In this document: piece by piece, positions 48,401-57,418 of the stretch
Layout of the letters: each line of letters starts with the position of its first letter
Position numbering within the stretch: the stretch's first letter is position 1
The notes under the pieces: model-generated
Seen by the model: only the letters and a program-made list of their open reading frames with translations
What the model was told of the DNA's origin: nothing
The model's database searches: none
Program-made: the position numbers and the translations under genes
NCBI RefSeq assembly: GCF_964213995.1
Contig: NC_135818.1
Location: 24,056,001-24,120,000 of the forward strand
Length of the DNA: 64,000 nt
DNA from: Mustelus asterias
Lineage: Eukaryota
Direction of reading: 5' to 3'

Positions 48401-51400
48401 ACAATATTCCAAATATGGTCTCACCAAGGTCCTGTACAGTTGCAGCATAACCCCACGGCACTTAAACGCAAACCCCCTGTTAATAAACGCTAACACACTA
48501 TGGGCCTTCTTCACGGCTCTATCCACTTGAGTGGCAACCTTCAGAGATCTGTGGATATGAACCCCAAGATCTCTCTGTTCCTCCACATTCCTCAGAACCC
48601 TGCCGTTGACCCTGTAATCCGCATTCAAATTTGTCCTACCAAAATGAATCACCTCGCACTTATTAGTGTTAAACTCCATCTGCTATTTTTCGGCCCAGCT
48701 CTGCATCCTATCAATGTCTCTTTGCAGCCTACAACAGCCCTCCACCTCGTCCACTACTCCACCAATCTTGGTGTCATCAGCAAATTTACTAACCCACCCT
48801 TCAGCCCCCTCCTCCAAGTCATTGATAAAAATCACAAATAGCAGAGGACCCAGCACCCTGTGGTACACTGCTGGTAACTGGTCTCCAGTCTGAAAATTTT
48901 CCATCCACCACCACCCTCTGTCTTCTATGAGATAGCCAGTTCTTATCCAATCGGCCAAATTTCCCTCTATCCCACACCACCTTACTTTCTTCATAAGCCT
49001 ACCATGGGGAACCTTATCAAACGCCTTACTAAAATCCATGTATACGACATCAACTGCTCTACCTTCATCTACTCACTTAGTTACCTCCTCAAAGAATTCA
49101 ATCAAATTTGTGAGGCAAGACTTACCCTTCACGAATCCGTGCTGACTATCATGGATTAAGCTGCATCTTTCCAAATGGTCATAAATCCTATCCCTCAGGA
49201 CCTTTTCTATTAACTTACCGACCACCGAAGTAAGACTAACCGGCCTATAATTACCAGGGTCATTCCTATTTCCTTTCTTGAACAGAGGAACAACATTCGC
49301 CACTCTCCAGTCCTCTAGCACTATCCCCGTGGACAATGAGGACCCAAAGATCAAAGCCAAAGGCTCTGCAATCTCATCCCTTGCCTCCCAAAGAATCCTA
49401 GGATATATCCCATCTGGCCCAGGGGACTTATCGACCCTCAGGTTTTTCAAAATTGCTAATACACCTAATTAATAGTAGGTAATGTCTACACCTGCCCCTC
49501 AGTCCTATGTTCATAAACTCCCCAAAAAACACTCAAACGTTCATAAACTTTGAATTAATGATACCTGTCACTTGAATCGAGCTGAATATTAACTAAGAAA
49601 ATGAGCACCTGAGAGAGAAAGATAGGTGGCTGGGTAAAAGCCTCCTTTGGGTGGTCCACACGTGTGCTAATATGGTGCATCCTACCCGTGTACAAGAGTT
49701 TGTCTTTATTCAAATGACGTTGCAAGTTGAAATAATTGATTGAAAAGGTTATTGCAAAATAGCAAAAGAATGAGTGGGGGAGGAGAGTCTCTCTTTGGGA
49801 CTGGTCTGTGTTATCCATGCTCAATGCCTTTTATGTCTTTCAGTGATTGTGGAAATGAAAGGGCAATATGATTACATCTCACCTGCAGACTGGCCACTAA
49901 TGATGGTAAGTTATACCATTAAATATTTGTGAGTTGTTTTTTCTACACTCAACCTGGTAAAAGTTTAATTTCTGTGACAGTATATGGTATGCATATGTGT
50001 GCTTTCCTCCATGTTATTCCCAGTTGGGAGCTTGTGATGAACTGCATCAACTGTCCAACTTCAAGCAACCAAACTATCACTTAAAGGATTAGAGTCATAG
50101 AGGTTTACAGCATGGAAACAGGCCCTTTGGCCCAACCTGTCCATGCCGCCTTTTTTTTTAAAACCCCAAAGCTAATCCCAATTGCCTGCATTTGGCCCAT
50201 ATCCCTCTATACCCATCTTACCCATGTAACTATCTAAATGCTTTTTAAAAGACAAAATTGTACCTGCCTCTACTACCTCTGGCAACTTGTTCCAGACACT
50301 CACCACCCTTTGTGTGAAAAAATTGCCCTTCTGGACACTTTTGTATCTCTCCCCTCTCACCTTAAATCTATGCCATCTAGTTTTAGACTCCCCTACCTTT
50401 GGGAAAAGATATTGACTATCTAACTGATCTATGCCCCTCATTATTTTATAGACCTCTATAAGGTCACCCTTCAGCCTCCTACGCTCCAGAGAAAAATGTC
50501 CCAGTCTGTCCAGCCTCTCCTTATAACTCAATCCATCAAGTCCCGGTAACATCCTAGTAAATCTTTTCTGCACTCTTTCTAGTTTAATAATATCCTTTCT
50601 ATAATACGGTGACCAGAAGTGCACACAATATTCCAAGTGTGGCCTTACCAATGTCTTGTACAACTTCAACAAGACATTCCAACTCCTGTATTCAATGTTC
50701 TGACGATGAAACCAAGCATGCCGAATGCATTCTTCACCACTCTGTCCACCTGTGACTCCACTTTCAAGGAGCTATGAACCTGTACCCCTAGTTTCTTTTG
50801 TTCTGTAACTCTCCCCAAAGCCCTACCTTTAACTGAGTAAGTCCTGTCCTGGTTCAATCTGCCAAAATGCATCACCTCGCATTTGTCTAAATTAAACTCC
50901 ATTTGCCATTCGTCAGCCCACTAGTCCAAATAAAGGAATTAACATGTAGGCCATTTTTAGTGGCCAGGTGTGGATCCTCAGATTGAAGAAAAAGTGGGAC
51001 AATGTCAATCATATGCATGAATAAGAAACACACCACAGTTGTTTCCTTTACTCTCTTAGGTGTGGCCTAAAATGCCCATGGCAATGATTGCAAGTAGATT
51101 TTACTAATCCGTTTGAGGAACAGGCCCTTCGGACCTGTTGTGCAGAACATGACGCCAATTTAAACTAATTCCTTCTGCCTGCCCCTGGTCCATAATCCCT
51201 CTGGTTGTTGCATATTCATGTGCTTATCTAAAAGCCTCTTCAAACATCCCTGCCGTATCTGCCCCCACCACCACTCCTGGCAGTGCGTTCCAGACACCTA
51301 CCACTCTCAGTGTAAAAACATTTGCACCTCACACGTTCTTTGAACTTTTCCCCTCTCACCTGAAAGTGCATGCCTCCAAGTATTAGACATTTCAACTCGG

Positions 51401-54400
51401 GGGGGAAAAAGATTCTGACTGTCAACCCTATCTATGCCCCTCATCATTTTATACACGTCTATCAGGTCTCCCCTCAGCCTCCGCCGCTACAGAGAAAACA
51501 ACCCTAGTTTGTCCAGCCTCACCTTGTAGATCATACCCTCTAATCCAGGCATCATCCTGGTAAATCTCAATTCTCAAACCAAGCAACCAAGTCACCTTGG
51601 ATCCCATGCATTTTAATCTTCTGGATGAGCTTACCATGACTGACCTTGTTGAAAACCCTCCCAAAATCCACGTTGACAACATCCACCACTCTACCCTCGA
51701 TCACCTTTGTTTCGTGGCGCGAAGCTGATTATGCAAAAAAAAATAGCCCGAGAAATTCACAACCAGCCGGCCGCCAGGTGGGAATTCTAATTTCTGACTC
51801 CTGCTTATATTTCCCACCCCGCTACGCTACTCGACCAGCGTAACGGGGCGGGAAAACCATGCCATTATTTTTACATGCTTCAGGGTGGTGGAACAAAAAT
51901 GTATTGGAAAAAAACAAAGACACCATGTCAATACATGCACAACAAACACAGCTAAAAGACCAACATTTGCTCCAACTATTCATGAGCATGTCTGGAGAGG
52001 TTATAAGGTTATTTTAAGCAAATAGTCCCAAATGTATCAAGCACTACAGCAGCGCTAGTAGATTGGTTTGAACATGTAACTTGATTTTGTCAAATTCCAT
52101 GATACTGTATTGTTCCAGGTGGCTGGTATTGGTAGAGTGAGTCCAGAGGGTACTCACATTCTGATAACAACTGAAAAGTGAACCATCAATAGTTCCCAAA
52201 TTTCTATACCATTAAGACAATAGATGTAAACAACTGTTTTTCCAAAATATAAAATGAAGAGAAAGTATTGATAAATGTAAACATTTTAGCTTTACCAGAT
52301 TTTGCATGGTGAATTCACTGAACCGCCAGGAGCATAGACTTGACCATTTAGAACACAAGGGCAGCGCCTTAGAGGTACACACATGTCCTCAGCAGAAATG
52401 ACAGTATGTTTCCAGGCTTGTTCCTGCCTGTTTCCTTTTGTGTAATTGGAACCAACATCAGAATGCATAGATTTAAACTTAACAACAATCACCTGCATTT
52501 GTATATCACCATTAACATAACAAATCCAAGATACTGTAGAGGAGGCAGGTAAAGTCAGGTGGTTTCATGGATGTGGAAATATTCAGCTATCGTGATGGTC
52601 ACAACATCATCTCAGGTAATACAATAACAAAGTTGCAAACAGTCCGATTTAGCCTCAGATTGTTGCCGGATTAGTGCAATCCGCGTTGGGCGTCCGGCCC
52701 CCAAGCACGTCTCCCAGCGCCAGATTTCTGGTGCCATCAGCTCTGCATCGGAAATAGGCATGGACAGAGCTGCATTAGGCATGCAATGGAGCATGCAAAT
52801 CTAATTTAAATAACATCCACCCCCCGCCCCCCCCCCCCCCCGTCCCACCGGCCAGGAGTATTTCACTCCAGCGGGGTTTACAGCAGCTCCCTACTTTCGG
52901 GAAGCTAGCAGCTCAACCCACTGGAGTGAAGGGGGTCAATTGTCGCCCCCAGAGGGTTGGGCGGCGGTGGTGCCCCCAGGCATTTGCACCCTGGCATTGC
53001 CAGGCTGTGCCCAGTGCCAATGCCCAGGGGTCACCTTGGCACTGCCCATCAGTCATGGGTGGGGTCTGATGGGGCAGGGCCTCTGCGACGATCGGGGAGG
53101 TGGGGGGTCCCGCTGCCGCTCTGCATACAGATCGCGAGCAGAGGAAGTGAGGCCAACGATCAGGGCTGAACATCGGGGTGGGTGGTGGAGGGGCCCAGGG
53201 GTGGGTGGTGGAGGGGCCCAGGGGTGGGTGGTGGAGGGGCCCAATGGTGAATGGAGGAGGGGGCATGTGCCCACGAGTGAAAGGGTGGAGTGGGCGCGTG
53301 AGAATGGGTGCAGTGCACAGGCGCCTCTGAGAATGAATAGGGCATGCAGGCACAGGCATGAGCTCTCAGGTGTATGGGAGGCATGAGCCCACAGGTGAAT
53401 GAGAGGTGTGGACACGAACCAGCAGGTGAATGGGAGGCATGGGTGCTGCCCCGCGAGTGAATGGGAGGCGGGGGTGTGAACCTGCAGGTGAATGGGAGGC
53501 ATGGGCCCTGGCCTGCGGGTAAATGGGAGGCGCAGAAATCAGCCCACAGGTGAATGAGAAGCAATGGTGCTGGCCTGCGGGTGAATGGGAGGTGGATGAA
53601 TGGGAGGTGCGGGGAGCGGGCCAGCAGCTTAATGGGAGGAGCGGGCTGGCGGGTGAATGGGAGGCATGGGGAACTGGCCGGCAGGTGAATTTGAAGTTCT
53701 GAGATAGGTGAGTTCCTGTTGGGGAGGTGACAACACAGTCAAGGAGCATGGGTTGAAAAGTGAGGGTCAAGATGTGGAGATGGTTTGCAATGATGGATGG
53801 GTGAGGAGTTTTTGAAGAGAGGGGAGATCTTTGTAATTGTTATAAGGTCTGAAAGAACATAATTAGGAGCAGGAGTAGGCCATCTGGCCCGTCGAGCCTG
53901 CTCCACCATTCAATAAGATCATGGCTGATCTTTTTGTGGACTCAGCTCCACTTACCCGCCCGCTCACCATAACCCTTAAATTCCTTTACTGTTCAAAAAT
54001 GTATCTATCCTTGCCTTAAAAACATTCAATGAGGCAGCCTCGACTGCTTCACTGGGCAGGGAATTCCACAGATACACAACCCTTTGTGTGAAGAAGTTCC
54101 TCCTCAACTCAGTCCTAAATCTGCTTCCCCTTATTTTGAGGCTATGCCCCCTAGTTCTAGTTTCACCTGCCAGTGGAAAAAACTTCCCTGCTTCTATCTT
54201 ATCTATTCCCTTCATCATCTTATATGTTTCTATAAGATCTCCCCTCATTCTTCTGAATTCCAATGAGTATAGCCTCAGTCTCTCCTCATAAGCCAACCCT
54301 CTCAACTCCAGAATCAACCGAGTGAATCTCCTCTGCACCCTCTCCAATACCAGTATATCCTTTCTCAAGTAAGGAGACCAAAACTGTACACAGTACTCCA

Positions 54401-57400
54401 GGTGTGGCCTCACCAGCACCTTATACAGCTGCAACATAATCTCGCTGTTTTTAAACTCCATTCCTCTAGCAATGAAGGACAAAATTCCATTTTGGGGAGG
54501 GACTAAATGATAATGTTAGTGTCCAAATTTATCACTAGATTGAATTTGCAGCTGTGAAATATGTTCTTGATGGATTGTACAGATTCACAGTAAATTAGAG
54601 TTGTTCTCTCCCCCTGCCAGTTTTTCATGGTGATGTGCATTGTGTACGTGCTATTTGGAGCTCTATGGCTGGTCTGGTCTGCTTGCTACTGGAGGGACCT
54701 CCTGCGCATCCAGTTCTGGATTGGAGCAGTCATCTTTCTAGGAATGTTGGAGAAAGCTGTATTTTATGCTGAGTACCAGAGCATCCGATACAAGGGTGAA
54801 TCAGGTAGGAAACGTTGCTAACTTGTTCATAAAACAAAGTTTTCAGCCCAGTTGATGAATCTTCTTTGGAAGTTGATCATGGGTAGAGAAACTTCTAGTT
54901 GGGTTTGCTCTATTAGGGTGCAAGAGGTTATCTCTTCTTATAACAGAAGGAACTTTAGTCTGTATCCTGACTTCCCTGTACCTGTGCACACAGGCCTCAG
55001 CTGCACATGAATTTTGGGGTGCCCCCATCCACTTCAGTTGACTATTGACTGCCGGTTGCCTGAGTGAACACACCACCTTGCGTCCAGCGGGAAACAACGG
55101 CAGAAGCTATTTTCACTTGCATTCATGCAGTTAACCTTACACCTACCTATTATGTGCAGATGGATGCTGATTTCAGATTTGTGGGAGGAAACCAGAGCAC
55201 CCAGAAGAAACCCACACAGACGGGGAGAATATGCAGACTCCGCATAGACAGTGACCCAAGCCAGGAATCGAACCTGGGTCCCTGACATTGAGGCAGCTGT
55301 GCTAACCATTGTACCACTGTGCTGCCCTGTGAGGACTATGCGCATAGTTTTGAAGTGTTCTTCATGCAAACCTCCAAAAGCATGTTCTTGTATTGACATA
55401 ATTTATCTCCGTCAATACAACAATTCATAACAAAGAAATTGAGTTCATGCCATAGCTTCTCCAGTACAACAATGACCTCTTCTTACTCTATGGAAAAAGG
55501 GTCACTTAAAACGTGTCAATCACAGTGCTTCTGAGAGGAATCTTTTTCTAAAGTATCAATGTAATAACTTGCCTGTAGTAAACAGTATACCCTGTGAGAA
55601 TTCAATTTAACCAATGCTGTGTATTGTACCCAGTAGAGATGGTAAGCAGTTGATGTGCTTTCAGTGCCCTACATCTAGCTGCTGTCGTATCGCTGACTGC
55701 AACTCCGATCCTTTATTTTCATTCTCAGGGCAATGCTTGGCTTTGGCATCAGTGAAACTGGGAACTCAGGAATATTGGATATAGATCCTCTGTTGTGGAA
55801 CACTGCCGACCTTGGCTCTGGGTTTTGGTAAACATTGCAGTGCATGTAAAATTGCAAATCAAAACCTGCCTTTGTTCCATAGCCCTACTTTTGGATCTTG
55901 CATTAAGTTGAAAGTGCTGCATGAAAAAATCATGCTGCTGTCACTGAGATATTTCAACCTGTATAACTATGACTGTTGTCTAATTTCTGTTTAACCCAGT
56001 GCAAGGAGCAGTGATTTTTGCTGAATTACTTTCTGCATTGAAGCGTTCCCTGGCTCGTGTACTGGTCATTATAGTCAGTCTTGGATATGGAATTGTGAAG
56101 TAAGTATAAACAAAATGTCAATACTAGTGACCTAACTTTGATCTATATAGATTGGTATTGTGGAGTGAGTAGAAGAATTGAAGTGAAGAGTTGCACTAAG
56201 TACACTTCTTATGCTCCTTTGAAAAGTCCCATGTACTGTGAAGAACAAGGAGTGTGGTTAGAAGCTACTTTTAAACAGCTGCCATCTGAGGACATTTCTC
56301 TCCCGGGCATTGTCAACTAACCATCAGTGAAGATCACTCACTCATTAATTTCACTATTCAATATTGCATTAATGCAGCTCCCCACACTGTGTAGCTCGAG
56401 CACTTTTATGACCAAATCATTAGAAGGTTTAAAATTGGATAGGAGTAATTAGAAATCAAGAAAGTATCATTGTGCACCCCTCAAAATGCTGTCTCAAGTT
56501 AGGGGAGAGTTATGCAGAAAATAGGGCTATTATGAATACATGCTCTTCTTCTCTCACATGCCAACTCCTCTCGCTCGCCCCCTCCCCACCGCGCGCCCAC
56601 CGCTGCCCCTCCCCCCCACCATGCCCTCCCCCCGCCACCATGTCCTCCCCCCACCAACAAACCAACCCACATCTGTGCCCACCAACTCTTAATGCCTGTC
56701 CCTCCCCTCGCCCACCATCGTCTTAAGGATGTCTGGAAAGTAGGATAATTCACATTTGTTCATGGTGAAACAATAGTACCTACTTACATTTGTAAATCTC
56801 CTTTATGGTAGGGAATGGTTCGCACTCGCAGGAATGTTAACAAGCAAAAGATTGACACACAACTAAGAAGATGGTTAACTTAGTTAAAGAAATCTTTTTT
56901 AAATAGCCTTAAAGGAAATGGAAGAGGTGGAAAATGTCCACGGACAAAATTCTTGAGCTTAGCACCTGTAAAAGCACGCCTGGCACTAGTGGGGTTAAGG
57001 AAGTGTGATGAATGTGCATTGTACCAGAGTTGAAGGAATGAATATCCCTTGGAGAGTTGCAGGCCTCGGGGATGTTTCAAAGCTAAATTCAAATGAGAGC
57101 TTTGAACATGAGGCTAAAAATTTTAAAATCAAGGCTTTGGTGGTCTGGGGCACCTTGAATGCTTGACTGTTGTGAAGAAAAATATTTTGGCTTGTGTTGT
57201 ATTAGAACACTAATGCCACTGTTTATTCAGCTACACAGTTGGTGAGTGGTGTCTTGCATTAAGTGTGCTGTACTGTTTGGTCTGGACAACAAATTTTATG
57301 AGACTGATGTTTGCTTTACCACAGACCTCGTCTGGGAGCCATGTTGCACAGAGTTGTTGGTGTCGGGGTCCTCTATTTAATTTTCTCTGCAATAGAAGGC

Positions 57401-57418
57401 ATCCTTCGAGTCACTGGT
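9273..57418 (+). CDS. TMEM87A: Transmembrane protein 87A (GOLD-like luminal domain + 7TM), exons 1-11; gene continues beyond the window
   Basis: Eleven GT-AG exons join in one open frame. The TM region [61 protein letters not shown] is near-identical to human TMEM87A. Adjacent to GANC. Confidence 0.93.
9538..9660 (-). mobile_element. LINE 3' end fragment with (TCAAA)n tail
   Basis: Reverse complement ..aatactttcactgta..atacatgtgacaatagtaaatcaaatcaaa. Confidence 0.5.
10540..11600 (+). mobile_element. Highly degenerate LINE (Vingi/Ingi-like) RT and 3' region
   Basis: [18 protein letters not shown]-like peptide; many stops. Confidence 0.35.
12480..14220 (-). mobile_element. Old degenerate CR1 LINE
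   Basis: Reverse-strand remnants such as ggatgcattccatctggaccaggtgac ([10 protein letters not shown]) and gcagctgccttttggaagtc. Confidence 0.55.
14236..15664 (+). mobile_element. CR1 LINE RT region and 3' end
   Basis: [27 protein letters not shown]; gcctactcctgcttct plus (ttctatgt) tail. Confidence 0.9.
17361..17421 (+). CDS. TMEM87A: TMEM87A exon 2 ([20 protein letters not shown])
   Basis: ttttcttcag acceptor, GTAAGT donor, 61 nt; resembles human NYFSFGKILFRNTTIFLK. Confidence 0.85.
19227..19321 (+). CDS. TMEM87A: TMEM87A exon 3 ([32 protein letters not shown])
   Basis: atctag acceptor, GTAAGT donor, 95 nt; matches human CDLSLNITWYLKSADCYNEIYN. Confidence 0.9.
19762..21418 (+). mobile_element. 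CR1 LINE ORF2 fragment, truncated at both 5' and 3' ends (element A)
   Basis: VEFSLQFE...KSPGSDG...[12 protein letters not shown]...[20 protein letters not shown], with one frameshift near 20080. Stops abruptly at 21418 and has no 3' tail. Confidence 0.92.
21551..22723 (+). CDS. TRIM13: Tripartite motif-containing 13 (RING, B-box, coiled coil, C-terminal TM E3 ligase); intact 390-aa ORF, probable retrocopy in TMEM87A intron 3
   Basis: [42 protein letters not shown]-box [34 protein letters not shown] and hydrophobic [12 protein letters not shown] all match human TRIM13. Followed by AATAAA (23313) and A10 (23327-23336); flanked directly by CR1 on both sides. Confidence 0.92.
   Translation: MELFEEELTCPICCCLFEDPRVLPCSHNFCKRCLEGILEGSGRGMQCKVAFKCPTCRKETPIMGINNLQVNYSLRGIIEKYNRIRNTPKVPLCRKHSGQPLNIFCSTDLELICGFCATMGDHEGHSFCAIKDAYREEREAFDGLFQGLETWCSADVQTCLEKLESDKKKSLQLISKDAKKVMEYFTKLQHTLEQKKNEVLSDFETMKLVVMQAYDPEINQLKMILEEQKRAITMAETFKDVTDPVLFLQQMQEFRSKIKVVKETPLPSCTNLEVHPVMKNFNTSRWDKVRLKDVDKVTLPTENYTFRFKDPTKWSGREFAPPIISLLLLIIAFWPSEIILGSFEALESHMTTLAGLLHYSEIVGILSLGCQGCKSIIHELWQKVAEFVQI
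23313..23336 (+). terminator. Polyadenylation signal and A-tract ending the TRIM13 cDNA-like segment
   Basis: ttAATAAAtgtgaaagAAAAAAAAAA, directly abutting CR1 ORF1 sequence. Confidence 0.7.
23337..26685 (+). mobile_element. CR1 LINE, 5'-truncated in ORF1, intact ORF2, (TTCTTATG)n tail (element B)
   Basis: ORF1 C-terminus [18 protein letters not shown].., then ORF2, a 3' UTR with gaatggcggggcagg..gcctactcctgctcc, and an 8-nt tail repeat. Confidence 0.95.
23586..26591 (+). CDS. CR1 ORF2 (APE endonuclease + reverse transcriptase), uninterrupted 1001 codons
   Basis: APE motifs NARS, ITETW, YRPP, GDFN, LDL, SDH; RT motifs [25 protein letters not shown]. Confidence 0.93.
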   Translation: MGGGELEELTRIKELIDGGEDAGVRGITKLMVEERVQVNEGGNLDKGVEGEGVRDSSKRVQIKAGIRTLGLNARSIRNKVNELMVQISTSGYDLVAITETWLKGDQDWEMNIQGYQAFRKNRPEGKGGGVALLIRDNIRVVLREDIGSEEQNVESLWVEMRNSRGRKTLVGVVYRPPNNNVEVGRAINKQIRDACKNGTAIIMGDFNMHIDWQTQVGKGGMEEEFLECCRDSFLEQHVTEPTRERAILDLVLCNEVGRIKDLIVKDPLGSSDHNMVEFLIQMEEEKVWSQTSVLCLNRGKYDRMRDELAKVDWESRLAGRIAEEQWRIFKEILFSSQQKYIPAKNKDCKKRENQPWITKEIKESIKIKTAAYRVAKNSGETSDWEKFKKQQRETKKAIKKGRIDYEARLAINIKNDSKSFYKYIKRNRVARVNVGPLEDERGELIVGNEDMAESLNKFFVSVFTVEDTNSLPNINDRGLAAGEILNTINVTREAVLGRLMGLKVDKSPGPDGMHPRVLKEMSEVIVDALVIIYQNSLHSGVVPVDWKTANVTPLFKKGRRQKAGNYRPVSLTSVVGKMLESIIKEEIAGHLDRNGSINQTQHGFMRGKLCLTNMLDFYEDVTRAVDGGELVDAVFLDFQKAFDKVPHKRLLKKIRAHGVGGSVLKWIGDWLSDRKQRVGINGCFSGWRKVTSGVPQGSVLGPQLFTIYIDDLEEGTECRVTKFADDTKISGKVNRVEDGEDLQRDLDRLSEWARIWQMEYNVDKCEVIHFGGNNNKWDYYLNGNKLKHATVQRDLGVLVHETQKPSLQVQQVIKKADGMLAYIARGIEYKSRDVLMHLYRALVRPQLEYCVQYWSPYMRKDILALEGVQRRFTRLIPEMRGLDYEERLRRLGLYSLEFRRMRGDLMETYKIMRGLDRVEAERFFPLSKEVKTRGHSLKIKGGRFRTELRRNFFSQRVVNLWNSLPTEVVEATSLNMFKAWMDGFLIGKGIKGYGDQAGKWY
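27430..28280 (+). mobile_element. Deu-domain SINE (SacSINE/AmnSINE-like) with nested MITE-like and Penelope insertions
   Basis: tRNA-like head at 27437; aagagcagggg..atttatccctcaaccaa..gctgtttatgggaacttgctgtgtgcaaa core. Inverted copies at ~36330-36650 and ~37840-38190. Confidence 0.6.
27686..27835. mobile_element. Same Penelope-like terminal family; perfect 114-bp palindrome plus tail, 13-bp TSD
   Basis: Palindrome at 27686-27799; TSD TGCCATCTCTCAG at 27676-27688 and 27836-27848; shares sequence with 1046-1135. Confidence 0.75.
28533..28649 (+). CDS. TMEM87A: TMEM87A exon 4 (DEQSIVYFE...NCTELLKKQ)
   Basis: ttgcag acceptor, CAG|GTAACT donor, 117 nt, phase 0/0; NCTEL resembles human NCSEL. 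Confidence 0.85.
28700..29060. repeat. Degenerate ~30-bp tandem repeat (ggggc..tgtagtttgt..)
   Basis: Recurrent ggggcaatt/ttgtagtttgt motifs at roughly 30-bp spacing. Confidence 0.6.
29200..33195 (+). mobile_element. Old degenerate CR1 (29200-31040, resumes 32850-33195) split by an RTE remnant (-), a CR1 3' end and a SINE
   Basis: KSPGSDDLH and [11 protein letters not shown] remnants; minus-strand KAKTKT..IRE..DD RTE-like motif near 32730-32780. Confidence 0.6.
32060..32340 (-). mobile_element. HE1/V-SINE-type SINE, alternative-tail subfamily
   Basis: V-SINE core plus ggagtgtggcaactaggggattttcacagtaac tail; related copies at 33690-33975 (+), 36066-36315 (+) and 55178-55327 (-, partial). Confidence 0.8.
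33690..33975 (+). mobile_element. HE1/V-SINE-type SINE
   Basis: ggttagcac..cacagcgccagggac..gggttcaattcc head, core and tail. Confidence 0.8.
34099..34149 (+). CDS. TMEM87A: TMEM87A exon 5 ([17 protein letters not shown])
   Basis: Strong tcttctttttcag acceptor and GAG|GTGAGT donor, 51 nt, phase 0/0, at the expected position; weak homology. Confidence 0.65.
34165..35010 (-). mobile_element. CR1/L2-clade LINE 3' portion
   Basis: ggccagcatttattgtccattccta 3' end motif and cttgcctggatgagtgcagctccaaca; related ends at ~15830-16140, ~31140-31290, ~41030-41462 and ~41700-42040. Confidence 0.65.
35682..35720 (-). ncRNA. Hammerhead-like motif in a Penelope-derived terminal repeat
   Basis: Reverse complement reads GAGTA-CTGATGA-T-AGGTCA(T)TGACCT-GAA-ACGT-T-AACTC. 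Confidence 0.55.
36066..36315 (+). mobile_element. HE1/V-SINE-type SINE with internal deletion
   Basis: gacacggtggcacagtggttagcactgctgcctcacagcgccagggacc head and the same tail. Confidence 0.8.
37170..37440. repeat. Polypyrimidine/poly-C low-complexity tract
   Basis: Long C runs and CT-rich sequence. Confidence 0.8.
38195..41030 (+). mobile_element. CR1 3' half (38195-38587 + 40291-41030) hosting an inverted younger CR1
   Basis: The host reads ..gacttactcagt | taatggtagg.. across the insertion; FADD, YCVQFW and tatgactctatga tail. Confidence 0.85.
38588..40290 (-). mobile_element. CR1 LINE RT region and 3' end, nested
   Basis: ORFs 39771-40214 and 38682-39755 separated by one stop; catagaacatagaa tail at 38588. 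Confidence 0.92.
42131..42790 (-). mobile_element. Probable solo LTR
   Basis: Minus strand begins TGTGACG, has AATAAA near the distal end and ends ..TCA; no TSD confirmed. Confidence 0.4.
43148..43225 (+). CDS. TMEM87A: TMEM87A exon 6 ([26 protein letters not shown])
   Basis: ttttctattttcag acceptor, GAG|GTGAGT donor, 78 nt, phase 0/0, N-glycosylation sequon NTT; weak homology. Confidence 0.65.
43320..43830 (+). mobile_element. Degenerate CR1 3' end
   Basis: gtgcagttttggtctcc, EERLDRL..FRR and tggcctattcctgctcc. Confidence 0.7.
44516..46200. repeat. C-rich (G-rich on -) compound minisatellite with 21-, 15- and ~28-bp units
   Basis: (CCCCCGCCCCCCCTCCGCTGT)n, (GTCCCCCCCTCCCCT)n and (ACCCCCTCTGCCCGGTCCCCCCC..)n. 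Confidence 0.95.
45418..45617. other. Assembly gap (200 N)
   Basis: Run of exactly 200 N. Confidence 1.
47650..47860 (+). CDS. TMEM87A: TMEM87A exon 7 ([19 protein letters not shown]...SLT)
   Basis: aacag acceptor, GTAAGT donor, 211 nt, phase 0/1; [10 protein letters not shown] resembles human TWQDAPYIFI. Confidence 0.85.
47897..49465 (-). mobile_element. CR1 LINE RT region and 3' end
   Basis: Four frameshifted ORF2 pieces ([27 protein letters not shown]); gaacatagaa tail. Confidence 0.92.
49844..49905 (+). CDS. TMEM87A: TMEM87A exon 8 ([21 protein letters not shown])
   Basis: tctttcag acceptor, GTAAGT donor, 62 nt, phase 1/0. Confidence 0.9.
50093..50925 (-). mobile_element. CR1 3' end, same subfamily as 2527-3120
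   Basis: Near-identical 3' UTR ggtttacagcatggaaacaggcc and ORF2 C-terminus. Confidence 0.9.
50935..51120 (+). mobile_element. Gypsy integrase remnant
   Basis: [23 protein letters not shown] zinc-finger/integrase-like peptide. Confidence 0.45.
51120..51710 (-). mobile_element. Internally deleted CR1 fragment
   Basis: caggcccttcgg 3' UTR, RFTRM-like and FNKV-like remnants. Confidence 0.7.
52600..53710. repeat. GC-rich Harbinger-like non-autonomous remnant with (gcaggtgaatgggaggcatgg)-type tandem repeats
   Basis: Recurrent ggtgaatgggagg at 53390-53690 and a duplicated ggggtgggtggtggaggggccca. Confidence 0.45.
53853..54490 (-). mobile_element. CR1 3' end
   Basis: 168-aa ORF2 C-terminus [17 protein letters not shown]; aggagcaggagtaggcc 3' UTR. 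Confidence 0.9.
54621..54804 (+). CDS. TMEM87A: TMEM87A exon 9 (TM1-TM2)
   Basis: cccctgccag acceptor, CAG|GTAGGA donor, 184 nt; near-identical to the human protein. Confidence 0.95.
56000..56099 (+). CDS. TMEM87A: TMEM87A exon 10 ([34 protein letters not shown])
   Basis: acccag acceptor, GTAAGT donor, 100 nt, highly conserved. Confidence 0.95.
57325..57418 (+). CDS. TMEM87A: TMEM87A exon 11 ([31 protein letters not shown])
   Basis: accacag acceptor, GTAAGT donor, 94 nt, conserved. Confidence 0.93.

Noticed and set aside
49844-49905. Calling the gene TMEM87B because of [10 protein letters not shown]
   Set aside because: Exons 9-11 are TMEM87A-like and GANC is adjacent; the motif is probably ancestral.
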